Below are positions 36,382-50,470 of a stretch of 64,000 bases of DNA, one piece after another (the stretch's first letter is position 1; each line of letters begins with the position of its first letter). The translations under genes and the position numbers were made by a program. This DNA is from Protoeuglena noctilucae (lineage: Eukaryota), in contig OY253677.1 of NCBI GenBank assembly GCA_958009085.1, forward strand, positions 496,001-560,000. Direction: 5' to 3'. The notes below the pieces were generated by a model. The model did no database searches. It was not told where the DNA came from and was given only the letters and a program-made list of their open reading frames with translations.

Positions 36382-39300
36382 TCAACCCCCTCCCCTTGTC
36401 TCACCTGCCCCCCCCTCCAATTCGATCTGCCTCCTCCGCTCCACGATGACCGGGTGAGTGAGAACCGGGAACAGGCTGCGGCATGCCCTCTCGATGAGCA
36501 GGCACAGCGTGAAGGAGACGGCCGCACCGATGATGAGCTTGTCCTGCATCTTGCCTGTGATGTAAGGGGGTGGGGGGGTGTGGTGGGGTGGAGTGCAGGC
36601 AAAGGGTGCATGCATGTGATGCGTGGGGAATGGGGAAAGTACAATGGTATGACTACAATTACTACCATAGTATTACTACTGACAACGTGGTACATGGGGC
36701 TAATGGACGATATCATGGATGGCAAGCATCGCCAGCACATCTCACTAGCAAGCATTCACCACAAACACCTCTCCCCATCAAACATTCCCATCCCCTCTCA
36801 CTAACAATCACTGCCACCATCTCTCACCCGGTATGGCCACCCCCTGGAACCAGTCGCTCAGCCACAGCAGCATCTCACTATACATCTAGTTATACATCTC
36901 ACTATCACTATCACTATCAATCACTGCCACTATCTCTCACCAGGAATCGGCACCCCCTGGAACCAGTCGCTCAACCACGGCAGCATCCCCGTCACCATCG
37001 CAAAGTAGAGCGCCCCCAGCGCCACCATCCCCCGCATCATGATCCCATTCTCGGTGATATCGATGCTGAACGGCCTGCCCACGTAGTTCACCGCGAACGT
37101 AGTCACTTGCTGGATGATGTTCACCAAAAAGCAAGTGGTGTTGACCAAATTGGGGTGAAACTCGTCGTCGGGTTTCTGGCGCTGCGAGGGGTCCTGGTGG
37201 GCGAGTGCCCAGTTGTAGGCGAGCATGAGGAAGGATAGCTGGACGGCGAACTGGCCCAAGAGGGACAGGAAGACGTAGGGGGACAGCACGCGGGGCTGGG
37301 GATGGGGGGGAGAAGTTTGTTAAGAGTAACTCTTAGTGTTGAGAGGGGGAGGGAGACGTAGGGACAGCACGCGGGGCTGGGGGGGGGGGGGGGGGGGGAG
37401 TGATGGGGGGTGGGTGAGTTTGTTAAGAGTAAGTGTTTAAGAGGGAGAGGGAGACGTAGGGACAGCACGCGGGGCTGGGAATGGGGGGCGGGGGGGGGGG
37501 GGGGTGAGTGGTTGAAAGGGTGTGAGAATTGTGAGGGGTTGAAAGGGTGCGGCAGGAGCGATGAGGGGTAAGCGACTCTCCGGGTGTGAGCGGGTGAGAG
37601 CGTGCACACAATGCGTTTGCCGACAGCATTGCACCCGTGTCTGCCCTACCCCCCCCTCCCCATCTCACCTGCGGCAGCTGCGGGGCCAACGCATCGACCG
37701 GCCTGGACTGCGAGAGGAGGAAGAACATCGCCGCGCTAAACATGCCCGACACGGTCGCCTGGTAGTCCCCCATCTTGACCCCCTGCAAGTACTGCACCGA
37801 GTACGAGTACGCCCCCAGCAGGCTGAGCTGCCCCAGAATCTTGAACATCTGCACCGTGGTGACGAGCGTGCACCGGCCCTGGCGGAGGATGTCGATGCAG
37901 GGCTGCACGCTGCTTGCGCGGGCGGTGAAGGGGGCGGCCATGGAGGCGTCGCCGGGCTTGACCATCGGGGCGTCCTGTGTTGTGGGGGGGGGGGGAGGAT
38001 GTTTAGATATGGGGGTGTAGGGTTGGGGCAGGGGGCGGGCAAGGCATGGCCAACGTGACGAGGGATCTTTATCAACAACCCATCCATCAATATAACTAAC
38101 TATCAATTTACAACCAGCCCTCACCATCCCCGCCATCTCCGTCTCCATCTCGTCCATAGCCACGCACATGCCAAACCATCTACCCACACATACACATATA
38201 TAAAACTATAATAAACATCAATATATTACACATAATCACCCCTCACCATCCCCGCCATCTCGCTCTCCATCTTGTCCATGGCCACGCACATGTCGATGAC
38301 CCTCTTGTTCCCCTCCACCCGCACGCCCGCATCAATGTACCTCTGAAGCATCTGCGTCCCTCGCCCGCCCGTCAGCTGATCCGAAAGCATCTTGGCGCGA
38401 TAGAGAGGGTCACTGGGGTCCAACACCCTCTCAGGTGGGGTGGCAGGGGTGGCAGTGGGGTTAACAAGCGATGTTGCACCATCACCCCCCGCCCCCGCCC
38501 GCACAGCTCTGTTCCCGTTGTAAGTCCCATCCACACTATCTCCCTTGCCGCCCTCTGGCTGCTTCTTCTTGACTGGCAGCGCAAGCAGGGCAACACCCAC
38601 GTGTGCGGCCTTGAGAGCGCCGACGTCGTTGGTCCCATCACCGCACATGAGCACGGCGCGGTTGAGGGATTTGAATGTGTTGACCACGAGCTCCTTCTGA
38701 TCGGGGGACACGCGGGCGAAGACCTGGGGGGGGGGTGGTGAGGGGTAGAGAGGGTTAGGATACATATGCAGGGGGGGGGGGGGGGGGAGGGGTGCCATGC
38801 GCACTAACAGAGGGGGGTGGTGTGTGCAGAGAGGGGCAAGCAGTGTGCTGGCTGACTGCTGAACAACCCCTGCAAACCCAGCTGCAAGCCTTCCAAACAC
38901 AAAAGCACAGCATCACTCTGCCAAACCACTGCATCACTCTGCCCCACCGCCCCCTCACCTGCACCCGCGGCACAACCGCCTCCAGCAGCCCCCTCCCCTG
39001 CACGTGCGTCAACGCGTCCCCCGTCACGCAGAGATCGAAATCCAACGCCAGCTCTCTTATCGCCGCCTCATTCGCAGTGAAGTCCAACCGGTGTCGCCCG
39101 TCGGGGGATCGATACTCAAACCGCGAATCGGGCTCCTCACGCAGCGCCCTGTCGCGCGCCGCATCGCTGTCATCCGAATCGGCACTTGTAGAGCGCGGGC
39201 GGGAGGGGCCACCGGGAGCGTGGCTGGTGCGCGACGGGGTGGTGGTGTTGGTGAGCGTGGCTGTTCTTGTGTTTGTGACCGCGGTTGTGGTAGTGGTAGA

Positions 39301-42300
39301 CGTGGTTGTGACAGATGGGACGGCATCCGACGCGCTCGCCCCCGCATCGGCGCTCACCGCCTTGTGCCCCAGGATCAGCACCTGCCTCTCCACAATGTGC
39401 GTCTGTCTGGCCACGTGGCAAGCGGTGAGCGGCGCATCTCCCGTGATCATCACCAGCTGCAGGGCGGCGTCCCTCAGATGTCGCAGTGCGGGCTCGGAGC
39501 CCTCTTTGAGCGGCGTGGCGAACACGGCGAATCCCGCGAAACGTAGTCGGCTCTCGATGTCGGCGCGAGGGGCGTCCTTGGCGGCGGCAGACGACAGGCC
39601 TGGGGGGGAGGGGGGGGGTTGCTATGTGGGGGTGGGTGGCACTGGGGTAGGATGGGATGGTGCTGATGTGTGGATGTCGACATGGGTGCGGGAGGGGGGG
39701 GGTTGGATGTGGGGTGGTGCTGGTATGTGATGCGACACTCCGGGTGCTCATTGGAAAGATTTGGTGTATATCATTGGGGTTGGCAAACAGCCCTGGTTGC
39801 TACTTAAGCGTCCCATGTGCGATTTGTAATCCCTCTCTACCTCACCATCACCCTTGCACACACCCACACGCAACCAAGCCACGCCACCCAGACCAACCAA
39901 CCCCCCCCCCCCCCCCCCCCCCACAACAACCCCACAATAACACTCCCGCCAATTCAAATCCAATCCATTCCAATTCCCATCCACAAGACCCCTCACCCGG
40001 CAGCGCGCGCCCCGCCAGCGCCAGCACCCGCATCCCCTGCGCCGCCCACGCCCGATGCGCCTCATCATACCCCACAGGCACCTCCTTGAGCAACCCCCTC
40101 ACCACCTCCGGCGCGCCCTTCGTCACCACGAACGCTCCATCCGCCCCCCCCAGCCACTCCACCACCCCCCCCCCCATCGCCGCCGCCCCCTTGCACTGCA
40201 GGACCACACTCATCCGCTTCAGATCGGAGTTGAATGCGTGGCGCACGATCACCGCGAACCGCCCCGCGACGCCGCCGGGCGTGGCTTCGGTCGCGGCGAC
40301 TTCCGATTGCGTGACGCGCAAGTGAAGGCGTGCGTTGGCTGCTACTTCAAGCGGATCGCCCACCGCTCTCCCGTCGATCTCTGCGATGGCGCTGCACATG
40401 CCCAGGGCGACGACGGCGGGGGGGGGGAGGGTGGCGGGGTCGGATGCGTCGGTGAAGTGGGGGGCGCCGGACTGGGGGGGGGATTGGTGGGGATTGGTGA
40501 GGGGTGTGGGGTGAGAGGGGGGAGAGTGAGTTGAGTGGGTGAGATACAGTTTAATCAACTAACACGTACAGTTACATTCAACCATCAACCCCCCGCTAAC
40601 AAACACACCACCACTCGCCTTGTCGATCCCCACCACCCCCTTGGACTCCATGTCGTCTAATAACCATCAACCATGAACAGCCCTAACAATCAGATATAGA
40701 AATCACCTTGTCGATCCCCACCACCCCCTTGAACTCCATGTCGTCGGAGGTGAGCGTGCCCGTCTTGTCGAAGCAGCAAACGTCGACTTTCCCAGCAAAG
40801 GGGATGCGGAAGGGCTCGGTGCAGAAGACGCGGGCGCGCAGCAGGGTGATCTGCGGATGGCATTGTGTATGGAGATGTCGTGAATGGTATGATTACAACG
40901 ATGGCGAGTGAGGATACGCGAGGGTAATCTGGGAATGGAGTAACAAACACAGGGTTGTGGATGCATGACTAGCACTCGCAGTCGCATGACCACTGTCAGT
41001 ACCACCATCACTACCACTACCACTGCCAGTGGCATGATCATCGCTGCCACGCAGTATTAACATCAATGATTCAGCACACGTGATATCAAAACACATATAG
41101 TGCTTTACTCCAGTGATCCACTCACCAGGGACGCGTTGACGGCCATGGTCAGCTCCATGGGCAGCTCGGGCGGCACCACCGACGTGACGATGATCACCAC
41201 ATACAGCAGAATCTTGGTCTTGCTCCTCTCGGGATCGTGCCACGTCTGGCTAATGTAATACCCTGCAGCAGCGACGGCGAACATGAGCAGGAAGAGGATG
41301 AACACGCCCGTCTCCCAGTTATTGGCGCTAATGCGGTCGGTGGAATAGAGAATGGTGCGCATCAGTCGGCCCTGGGAAGTGCCGAATCCGGTCCGCAGTA
41401 CCACCGCCACGCAGCCGCCGTCGGGGGGGGGTGGCACGGAAGAGGGGGGGGGTGGGGGGGGAGTCGCTGCCCTCGCCGCCCGCGTCGTGCTGTGATGGGG
41501 AAGGGGGTAAGGGTGTGTGGGTGTGTGAAAGGGGTGTGGGGGGATGGGGGGGGGTGTGTGGGGGTGTGGGGTGGGGCGTGGGTGTGGGTGTGGGTGTGGG
41601 TGTGGGTGTTTGCAGCACCTTGGCATCGGCAACCAATCACACGCTCCTCACTCCTCCCCCCCCCTCTCACCTGCAGCACCTTCGTCCCGGCAAACAGCAC
41701 CCGCTCCTTGCTCCTCGTCACATGCAACACGGGCTCCCCCTCCCCCTCTCCCTCTCCCTTCCCCTTCCCAACCACCACCGCCCCAGTTGTTGCCCCCACC
41801 ACCACCGCTCCCGTTGTTGCCCCCCTCGCCGCGTGCGCATCCATCGGTAGCTTGCTCTGCGGCGTGCTCTCCCCCGTCAACACAGCCTCGTCGACGATAA
41901 CACTGCCCGTGAGCAATAGCATGTCGGCGGGCACCACCACCTCTTGTCCCTGGGGTCGTGTCACTGACACCAGGTCCCCTGGCACCAGGGATGAGCCGGG
42001 GATGGTGACCCAGGAGCCGGCACTGGGGGGGAGGGGGTGGGGGAGTGATGAGACGTGTTGTTATGTGAGGTGAGGTGAGGTGAGGTGGCAGGGGGGCAGC
42101 AGTTTGTGACGATGATTCGCCTGTCATACCCCCCCACACACAATGTCACAATTGGTGTCAACCATCCTTATCAGCCACCCCCTCCCAATTCTCACCGGTA
42201 CACCGTCACATCCTCACCAATCCTTCACCAGTCATCATCCATTGTCGCCCATTCTCACCCCCAACCCCCTCAACCCTCACAACCCTCACCGGTACACCGT

Positions 42301-43675
42301 CACGTCGGGCGTCTTGGGCCGCAGCCCCCTGAGCTCCTTGAGGCTCCTGAGCCTCTGGAAGACGACCGTGCACTCGAAGCTGACGAGCATGAACACGGTG
42401 AAGAGGGAGTAGTACCAGTAGGAATCGAACACCCACAGCAGGACGCAAAACATCTGGGGAGATGTATGGGAGAGAGCAGCGAGCTGTGACAATGGATGAG
42501 CGTCGTGTTTGGTGAGGAAGAATGAGAGCATGTGTGGGATAATCTATACATGACACCATGACATGCCGAAACATTCTGACTACAGCCAGCAAGCCAGCAG
42601 CTGCATTGTACATAAGAGATTCACCACCACCACCACCACCCCTCGCCTGGAACACGAAGAAGGGCGCCAGCATCTGCTCCTGCAGCAGTGCCACGAAGGT
42701 GGGCAGGGGCAGGTTCATCTCATTCGGGCCCCAGACGGCCGTGGCCGCAGCCACGTCCTCCTCCGCGGCCCAGCCGGGCCAGGCGAGGTAACTGCGCAGC
42801 GGCTGGTGGTCCAAGAAGGGTAGGGCCACGAAGCACCCCCGCGCCGCATCCAGCACCACTTGCAGCTTGCGGAAGTTGAAGGAGACCTCGAGAGCGCATT
42901 CGGAACCCCGCGAGAGGACGCGCTTGGTCAGAGGGACCATCGCGGTGGCCCCGTTGAACTGCTCCGGGTCGACTTTCACCGTGTCCGCCTGCGGGCGAGG
43001 CGAGACGCGCGCGACGGTTCGCGCGATGATAAAAGAGATGATTGTTTAGCGTTCTGACCGCAAGAGCCGCCCGCACACCTCGGCGATGCCCCGGGCGCGG
43101 GAGTAGCGGAGGAGCGCGTCGATGCTGACGAACCAGTGGCACAAAAGGAAGGAGAGAATCTGCAGCACGGCCGCGCCGAGCAGCACCCACAACGAGATCC
43201 ACACGCCGGCCTCTTTGCCTGCGGCGGCGGATGAGCCGGGGAGCTGCACGGCGGTCGCGAGGGAGCGCGCCCATGACCCTGCCGCAGGAGCGCAGCCGCC
43301 CGCGCTTGCGCGCAACGGCGCGCCTCGAATCGCGTGCCACAGTGCGCTGACGGTCGAGGCGCCCACGGCCGTCGCGGCCGCGGGGACATCCAGCTGCGCG
43401 ACGCGTGGGCGCTTCTTGTAGAGCGTCGCCCGCTTCAGGCCCTGCGAGAAAACCAGCAGACGCTTTGTGATGGTCCCGTCATCCAATGAAAGAGACCAGG
43501 GATCGCACGGTCGGGGATCGCGCGCGGGGCTGCGCGTCTTTCGAGGCGCAAACTTGGGCGGCAGATCTACCTTCGCCTCCAGGTTATAGACGCCGCCGTG
43601 CTTCCGATCGCATTCTCGAAGCAGATCCTCCAAGCCACTCCCGGCAGCGCCCCACTGCAGGTGCGCTGCGTCCAT
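36382..43675 (-). CDS. P5A-type ATPase (Spf1/ATP13A1/PDR2-like)
   Basis: [108 protein letters not shown]. Confidence 0.95.
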
Positions 43676-44195
43676 CCTTCCTCCCTCGAAGCGGCCGGGC
43701 TCGACTACCGAGCTATTCCAGCTTCACTCCTCGCTCTGCGACAGCAGTTTGATGCCAACGTTTCCAACACGAGCCAAAGGGACCCCAAGGGGCCTCAAGG
43801 CAACCAGCCCCACGGGCGGGTACTGCTGACGTGCACCGAGGGGCTGCAGAGCAAGGACGGCACGGCCACCCAGCGACACTGATGTGCGCAACTGTCAAGA
43901 AACGAGCCGTCAAATCAGGATCCACGACCCGTGCAGTCCAGCGTGTGCCAGAGCAACTGCTTGAATCGCGCTTCAGAGTGCCGATTTGGAATAGCAGCAG
44001 CAGCCACACTGCCGTGGCCTGACTAATGCTCTAGTGCGCCACAGCGCTAGGCTAGGATGATTGCTAGGAGCAACCAACGAGCATTGCCAAACAAGGAGCA
44101 CCATGCATGGCGGTCAGGCAGGGACCACTGCATGCTGCAGCAGGCATCGCCAACCTATCGCCCCATTGCTTGCATGCACTGCACTGCCATCTGTA

Positions 44196-46564
44196 TCACC
44201 CACTGATCAAGGAGCAGTGCCCCCGTGTGATGGCCCACAACGTCGACTCGAGGTCCCCCGCGCCCCACCGCGGCCCGCCTGTCTCCAGCCAGCCGGGGGA
44301 CCTGAAGTACTCCTGCAGCGGCCCCCGCCCCTCTACAGTTGGGAACCGGCGCTCCTTGGACGTCATGCTCCGCGGAAGCCACGCGCACGTCCACTCCCGG
44401 TGGTTGCAGTGCATGAAGTGGAGCTCCCCGTCAATGCCGGACTGGGCCATGGCCACGTGCGTGACCCCGTGGCCGGACCCGGGCACGCCGCCCCACCGCA
44501 CCGGGTAGGGCACCATGTGGTAGTCACCCCCGGCCAGCGTGATGCCCCAGGCGAAGGGCTCCTTGTCGCCGACGCCCAGGGAGTGACACAGCATCCACTC
44601 GAGCGCGCGGTTGGGGTACGCCATGAGGAAGAGCGCCGTGAAGAGGCCCGGGAGGTGCCGGGCACGGTCCACGGCCAGCTGCCCCGACTCGTGGGCCTGC
44701 CGTGGGGCGGCGAACCCCGCCTGGGCCAGCAGGGCCTCGTAGTCCACCACGCCTGCCAGCGTCTCCGTGGTTTGGGGAGCAACCCCGAGGCGCGGGTTGC
44801 TGCCCTCGCCAGGCACAGCCGCGGGCGTCGTGAGGCCGGCCATCTCGCGCGCCCGCGCAGCGATGGGGAAGACCTGGGGGTCGACGGAGAGCCCCCCAAA
44901 GTCGGGCCACATGACGGCGCCGTACTGCTGGAAGTACGCGCTGTCCATGATGGGCCCCGGGTCCCGGAGCACGATGTTGTCGGCGTCGACCAGGAAGACC
45001 TCCCGGAAGGGCGCCAGCGTGACGGCCACAACCTTGAGGGCGTAGAGGGAGAGGTCGTAGAGGACCTTGCGGGAGAGCATGGCGGACCCGCCGCCGTCCG
45101 TGGCGCCCAGGGCCGGGAGGAGGCGGTCGATGACGACCACGGCCGTGTTGAGGTTCTGACGCAAGTAGGCCTCGACGGTGGGGGAGGGGCACTCGAAGGA
45201 GTAGCACCAGAGCTGGGCCGGCTCGGCGAAGCCCCCCTGTCGCAGCGACCACAGCGCCAGCATGGCCTGGGGCAGGACGTGCCCCCCGCCCACCACCACG
45301 GCGCCCCGGGGAGCCGACGCGCCGAGCAGGGCCGAGGTGTCGATCTCGCCCGCCAGCCGCAGGAAGTGCCCCAGCTGCGCCGCCAGCAGCTGTCGCTCCT
45401 CCGGGCTGTACGTGAGGCCTTCTCGCACGTAGTCCTCCCGGGGGTACACGCGCCTGCCTAAGGGCGCCGCCACCCACGCCGTCGCCTCTCCCCGACCACC
45501 CCGCGTCGGCGAATCGCTCGCTGGGCCCCGGGGCAGGGCCGAGAGGTACAGGGCCTTGGCCATGGCCACGTTGAGGTCCACCCACGCGGTCTCTGCGGCC
45601 TCCTCCCATGTCAACGACACCCCATTTGGAGGCTTCTGGTCCTGGGAACAGGGGCGCATGCCCGGTGAGGGAGGGGGGAGGCCCAAGCAGCACTGCTCCA
45701 CACATTGCGATGAGGTGCATGGGCCTGGCATGGCTCGCCTGGTAGGTCAGCTCGCGGGGATGGAAGGGGCGGCCGTTCTCGAGCATCACCGCCGACGGCT
45801 CGCGAGTGAAGCTCATCGACGTCATGAAGAGGCCTCCTGCAATCCACTGCCGCGCCCGAGCCCTGCAAGCATGTGATGCAATGCCGAAGTGCAACCTCGC
45901 GACAGGCAGGAGACGAGCCATGAGTGCCGAGCGCCGGACATCTTCATACCTGGCGATCGCATTCACGTTCTTGAGCGCAGATGACGTCGCGACGCCGAGG
46001 AGGACGACGGCAAGGACCACGGCGGCATGCCAAGGCCTCACCCAGGCCTTGAGCCGTTGTGCGGCCCTGCGGATGCGAATATTGCCCAAGGATCATGTGC
46101 GCTGAAGCCTACATGCGAGATGCACTCCGCGTTTGGCATGCGCGCCCCGCGAAGTTGAATGTCGCGGACAAAAGGCGAGCAGATGCGCAGGTGAAGCATT
46201 CAAATGCATCTGCCGATCGGTGCGGTTTCGCGCAGGACTGCGTGATGGAGAGAGTCTATCGTGACAAGATAGGTCTGGAAAGCTCGAGTTATGTGCCGCC
46301 GCTGCGGATTGAGCCCACCAAATCTTCGCATTGCGTGGAATGTACAACGTATGCGCAATCCAGCCGCGAATCTGGGAGACAACTCGCTCCTATTGAAGTT
46401 AATCACGTACACCAACGGGAGGGCACGCAACGGTGCGTCGCGTGCATGGCATCCTAACATGCGGCGCGGGTACGAACAGATGCTGTGCCCCCTCACCTCA
46501 AACGCCGCTGCAGCTGATCGCACAATCCGACCGCCGCTTCTTCATCCCTGTCCACAAGTCCCAT
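44196..46564 (-). CDS. GT71 (MNN1/MNN2-like) alpha-mannosyltransferase, type II membrane protein, paralog A
   Basis: GAVVVGGG, LKVVAVTLAPFREVFLVDADN, YGAVMWPDF, HESGQLAVD, GDKEPF; N-terminal TM HAAVVLAVVLLGV. Exon 1 inferred at 46564-46497. Confidence 0.85.
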
Positions 46565-46873
46565 GTCAGCAGTTGGCGATCAGGCTAGTGGGGCCTCCAT
46601 GTCCATGCCTTGCTACAAAACTGTTCAAGAAAGCATGGCCCGGCGTAAGCGGAAAGGGGCGGCGCCGGTGCAGTGGACTGTCCGAGGATGCCTCCCTTGA
46701 CGCGCCCGTGATCAGCTGGGCCAGCTGACGGCGCACGCCACATGCGGCACAACTCCAGCAGTATTCACAGACTGCGCATCTCTCCCTGCCATCAACTAAC
46801 AAAACACCTCGCGAAATCTGCGCACATGCACGTCGCACGCAGGATAGATTGACGCGGACGTCGCCGGCACCAA

Positions 46874-49800
46874 TCAGGGCCCGCCTCCGCGCGCCAGCGC
46901 TGCCCTGGGCGCAGGCTCCCGACACAACACCACGACGTCCCGCATGCTCCCATGACTGGAGCTGGTGAGCGCGTGCAGGAACCGCGCGCACTCGCGGTAC
47001 CCGAGCGCGGCCGTGAACCCTGCTCCGTCGTGGCGGTGGATCCTCACCAGTGTCGTGTCGAAGAGCGCAACGTGGGACGGCAGCGAGGACGTCGCGTTCA
47101 GCGCGCGGAGGAAGCGCTGCGGAGCGAAACGAAGAGAGAAAGGGTCAGCTCTTGACGAGCCGAGCAGGGGCGCGTCAACCGTCAGCAGCCGGCCTGCTCT
47201 CGGCGTCTGCCACCAGACCTCTGCCCCAGCCACTGCTCTAGCTCACTGTCCCAAGTCTCTACCCCAGTCAGTCCTCAGCCACCATCCCTCTACCCCCAAT
47301 GCTCAACCACCATGCCTCTACCCCAATCCTCTCCCCCAACCCTCACGCACCCCCCGGTCCGACATGACCACCTCCTCCTCCGTCCCCCTCCGCGGCACCC
47401 CGCCCGTGTCGATGGCCCCCTTCTGGAAGGGCCTGCTCGACTCCTGCTTGGGTATCCGCGTGCCCACCGCCTCCCACGTGCCCCACGCCAGCGGTCGATG
47501 GGGCGGGTACGTGAAGGTCCCCTCGGGGCGGTAGCCGGGCGGGGAGCAGTCGGGGAAGCCAAGCGACACGGACGCTGCGGGAAGTGACGTACGGGCATAG
47601 CAGAACTGATTATTCGAACAGAAGACTTCATCAGCCTGTTGCTCAGATTGGTACCGTCATGCTACCATCAGCCCCGCTGTGCTCCACTCAGCCTTGCTAC
47701 GGTGTTGCCTGCTGCCATCAGCCCTGTCACCACTACCCTGCCACAATCTCATCCCCGTCCCCTCACCTTGGTGGATGTAGGCGTGGTACTGGGTGGAGTG
47801 GCACGGCATGAGGAAGTACACCGACCGGACGCGCCCGGCCGCGGCCTCTGACGCCAGAAACGTCACCGCTGACACCGCGCCCCTCTGGTGCACCAGGCTG
47901 AAGTAAGACCACATGGCGCACTGGACGACAAGCACGGCGGCCACGGCGCCGCGGAGGAGTTTGCGGACCGTGGGGGGGCGGCGGTGGAAAGCTGATGCCG
48001 ACGCGACCCCCACGTCCGGTCCCCACATCTGCCGCAGCCCCGCGCCGATGACCGGCATGATGACCTGGACTGGGCTGATGAGCAGCCGGAACTCCTTGTG
48101 CGGGCTGATGCTGAGGCCTGCCAGGTTAACCAGGTACAGCACGTACAGGCCCCTTGAGGTGCCCTCGGGAGTGAGCCCCATCGCCAGTCCCTTGCAGGCC
48201 GGGTCCGCGTGCGGGGGCTCGTGCATGGGGACGGATGCCGTGGAGGTGGATGCCGGCACGCCCAGGGCCTCGAGGGCGCGCGGAAGGAAGAAGGCGGCGG
48301 TGAGGGGCACTGCGGGGGCGCGGGGTGGGGGGCGGGATGGGGTGAGGGTGTATGCTACGCACGTGGCATGTGGGTTACACTGTTATTTCTTTAATAGCAT
48401 ACGGCATACAGCAGCGCCCATTGAACAGGCGGTGACCGATAGACGCGCCGCAGACACACTTGCCCTTGTTCCCAGCTCTTGTTCCCAGGGCTGTCACATG
48501 TGACTGGTACAATTGACAACGCATGGCTCACCGAGGAAGGAGGTGAGGGCGAGTGCGGTGCCCTCGAGGAAGTACCACACGGCGTGGTGGGATCCGTAAT
48601 ACGAGCTGTCCCCCGACAGCGCGTCGAACTGGACGAACGTGATGAGGGGGAATACCCACGTGCCGTAGCAGGCGCGGTCGACGAGGGCGGAGAGGGCCAG
48701 GGCGGCGGCACCCGCGGGGAGGGCGAATCGCACCCCGTACCACAGCGTGCGTGACGCGTCGACCCAGAGCATGGCCACCGTGAAGGCCAGCCATGGGATG
48801 ACCGCGGTGGGGCGGATGACGACGGAGAGGGCCGCGAGGAAGAGGGCCTGGGAACAGAGGGCGGGGTTAGGGCAGCGTGGGACTGCGTATGAAGGGTTAG
48901 CTGGGTAGCAACGTGGGACTGCATGTGAAGGGGTTAGCTGGGTGCGCTGGCGTCCGCATCGGCACCCGCACAACCATGCAGCTGCAGGTGCCTGGCCATA
49001 ACTATGAGTTCTATCCAAACAAAAAGCCGGAAGCGTGGCTCTTACCAGGAACACCCTCTGCGGCGACTCGTGGTCGTGGGTCGCGCGTTTGGTCGCCTTG
49101 GCAGAGCAGGGGGCGCGACCAGGCTGAAGAGGCATGCGAGGGGGAAGTCCCACAGGCACAGGGACGCCATGAGGAGTAGGGACTCAAGGCAGTTGGAATA
49201 GGAACGCACGAGACAGAAGCCGTTGAACCAGTACGACAGCTGCGCCAGGGCTGCCCAGGGGACGTACTCTTTGCCCATCCAGTGCTGCGGTGGGGGGGTA
49301 TGGGGGGTGGAACAGGGGTTGGCACAGGCATTAGGTGTGGCACAGGGATGGCGCAGGGTAGCACAAGTGGTAGGGGTGGCACAGGTGGCACACACGGCAA
49401 AACGGAAGTGACACAAGCAGCGGCACGGGCGGAGGCCTGAACGACACATAACACAGGTGTGCCGAGAGAACAGGTGAGAGCAATGATATATGTATTCTCT
49501 ACCATCTCGCGTCATCACCTGCGTCAGGTGGAGGATGCAGAAGTCGACCAGTGCCGCGACGGTGCCGTGCATGAGCCGCGGTGTGACACGGACCACTGCA
49601 GGAGTGTCCAGGCCCAGGAACTTGACCACCTCCAGCGGCGCCGCCAAGAAGAGGGGATGCCAGTAGGACCTGCGGGCGGGGCGGGAGGCCGGGTGGGGGG
49701 GCATGCGGACGGTGCGAGTGGCGCATGGGCTGGCAGCAGTCCTGGTGCGATTGCTAGTGGGCGAGACGCGGACCTGAGTTGCGCGATCCATTCCCACGTG

Positions 49801-50049
49801 AAATGTCCGTACCCAAAGACCTGCGCGAGGACGCGGGGACGTGTGGTGAGTCCGGGCGGGGGCGACAGGCCGCAGGGCAGCGCGTTCGCTCGTCACCAGC
49901 CGGTGGGCGACCTCTGGGCCCTGCCAGAACTCGTCCGGAGCGAAAGACGTGCTTATGACGAGCGCTTGTACGGATCGGAACGCGATCAGACCCCACAGAA
50001 CCCGGGCCGGGTGCCGGGAGAGCCAGCCATACGCGCTGGCCGGGAACAT
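46874..50049 (-). CDS. PIGB: GPI mannosyltransferase 3 (PIG-B/Gpi10, GT22)
   Basis: TSFAPDEFWQGPEVAHRL|VFGYGHFTWEW..LR|SYWHP, RSYSNCLE, IRPT, YYGSHH..WYF, HKEFR, FLMPCHST, FPDCSP. Confidence 0.92.
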
Positions 50050-50470
50050 GCTCGGCCCTGCGCCGTGCGCCGGGCTGCCCTCGCCGACGGCTAGGGAGTG
50101 CGGAGACGAGGCGTCTGTGCCCGGGAGTCGACGCTCTCGACACTCCAGTGATCGGGCATCCGGCGCACAATGGCTCGCCCCTGCGACCGCGGGCGGCGGC
50201 AGGCCCAGCGGGTAATCCAGGACGCGTGTTCCTGCTAGCGTGGTGATCGTGGGAAACTCCGATCCTGCAGGCGCTTGAAGACCAGCCCGCAAAAAGCGCC
50301 TGCAGGATTAGCCAGAAACAAATCATTTTAGGGGGCCGCGGTGCTACGCCTCAGCCATTACTTGCACGTCTCTGTATTCCGTCGTGCACGTCAGCAACCC
50401 GCCTGGTTCGGATCGGCCTCTCAAGCCGCGGGCCTTCCGTGGCCGCACTCGGGCATGCGCCCTGCTCGAG

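Noticed and set aside
44061..46089. Long overlapping ORFs 44061-45461(+) and 44524-46089(-); likewise 51165-52130(-) and 52185-53465(-)
   Set aside because: These are shadow frames of the GC3-rich GT71 genes. Only short parts of 44524-46089 are real exons.
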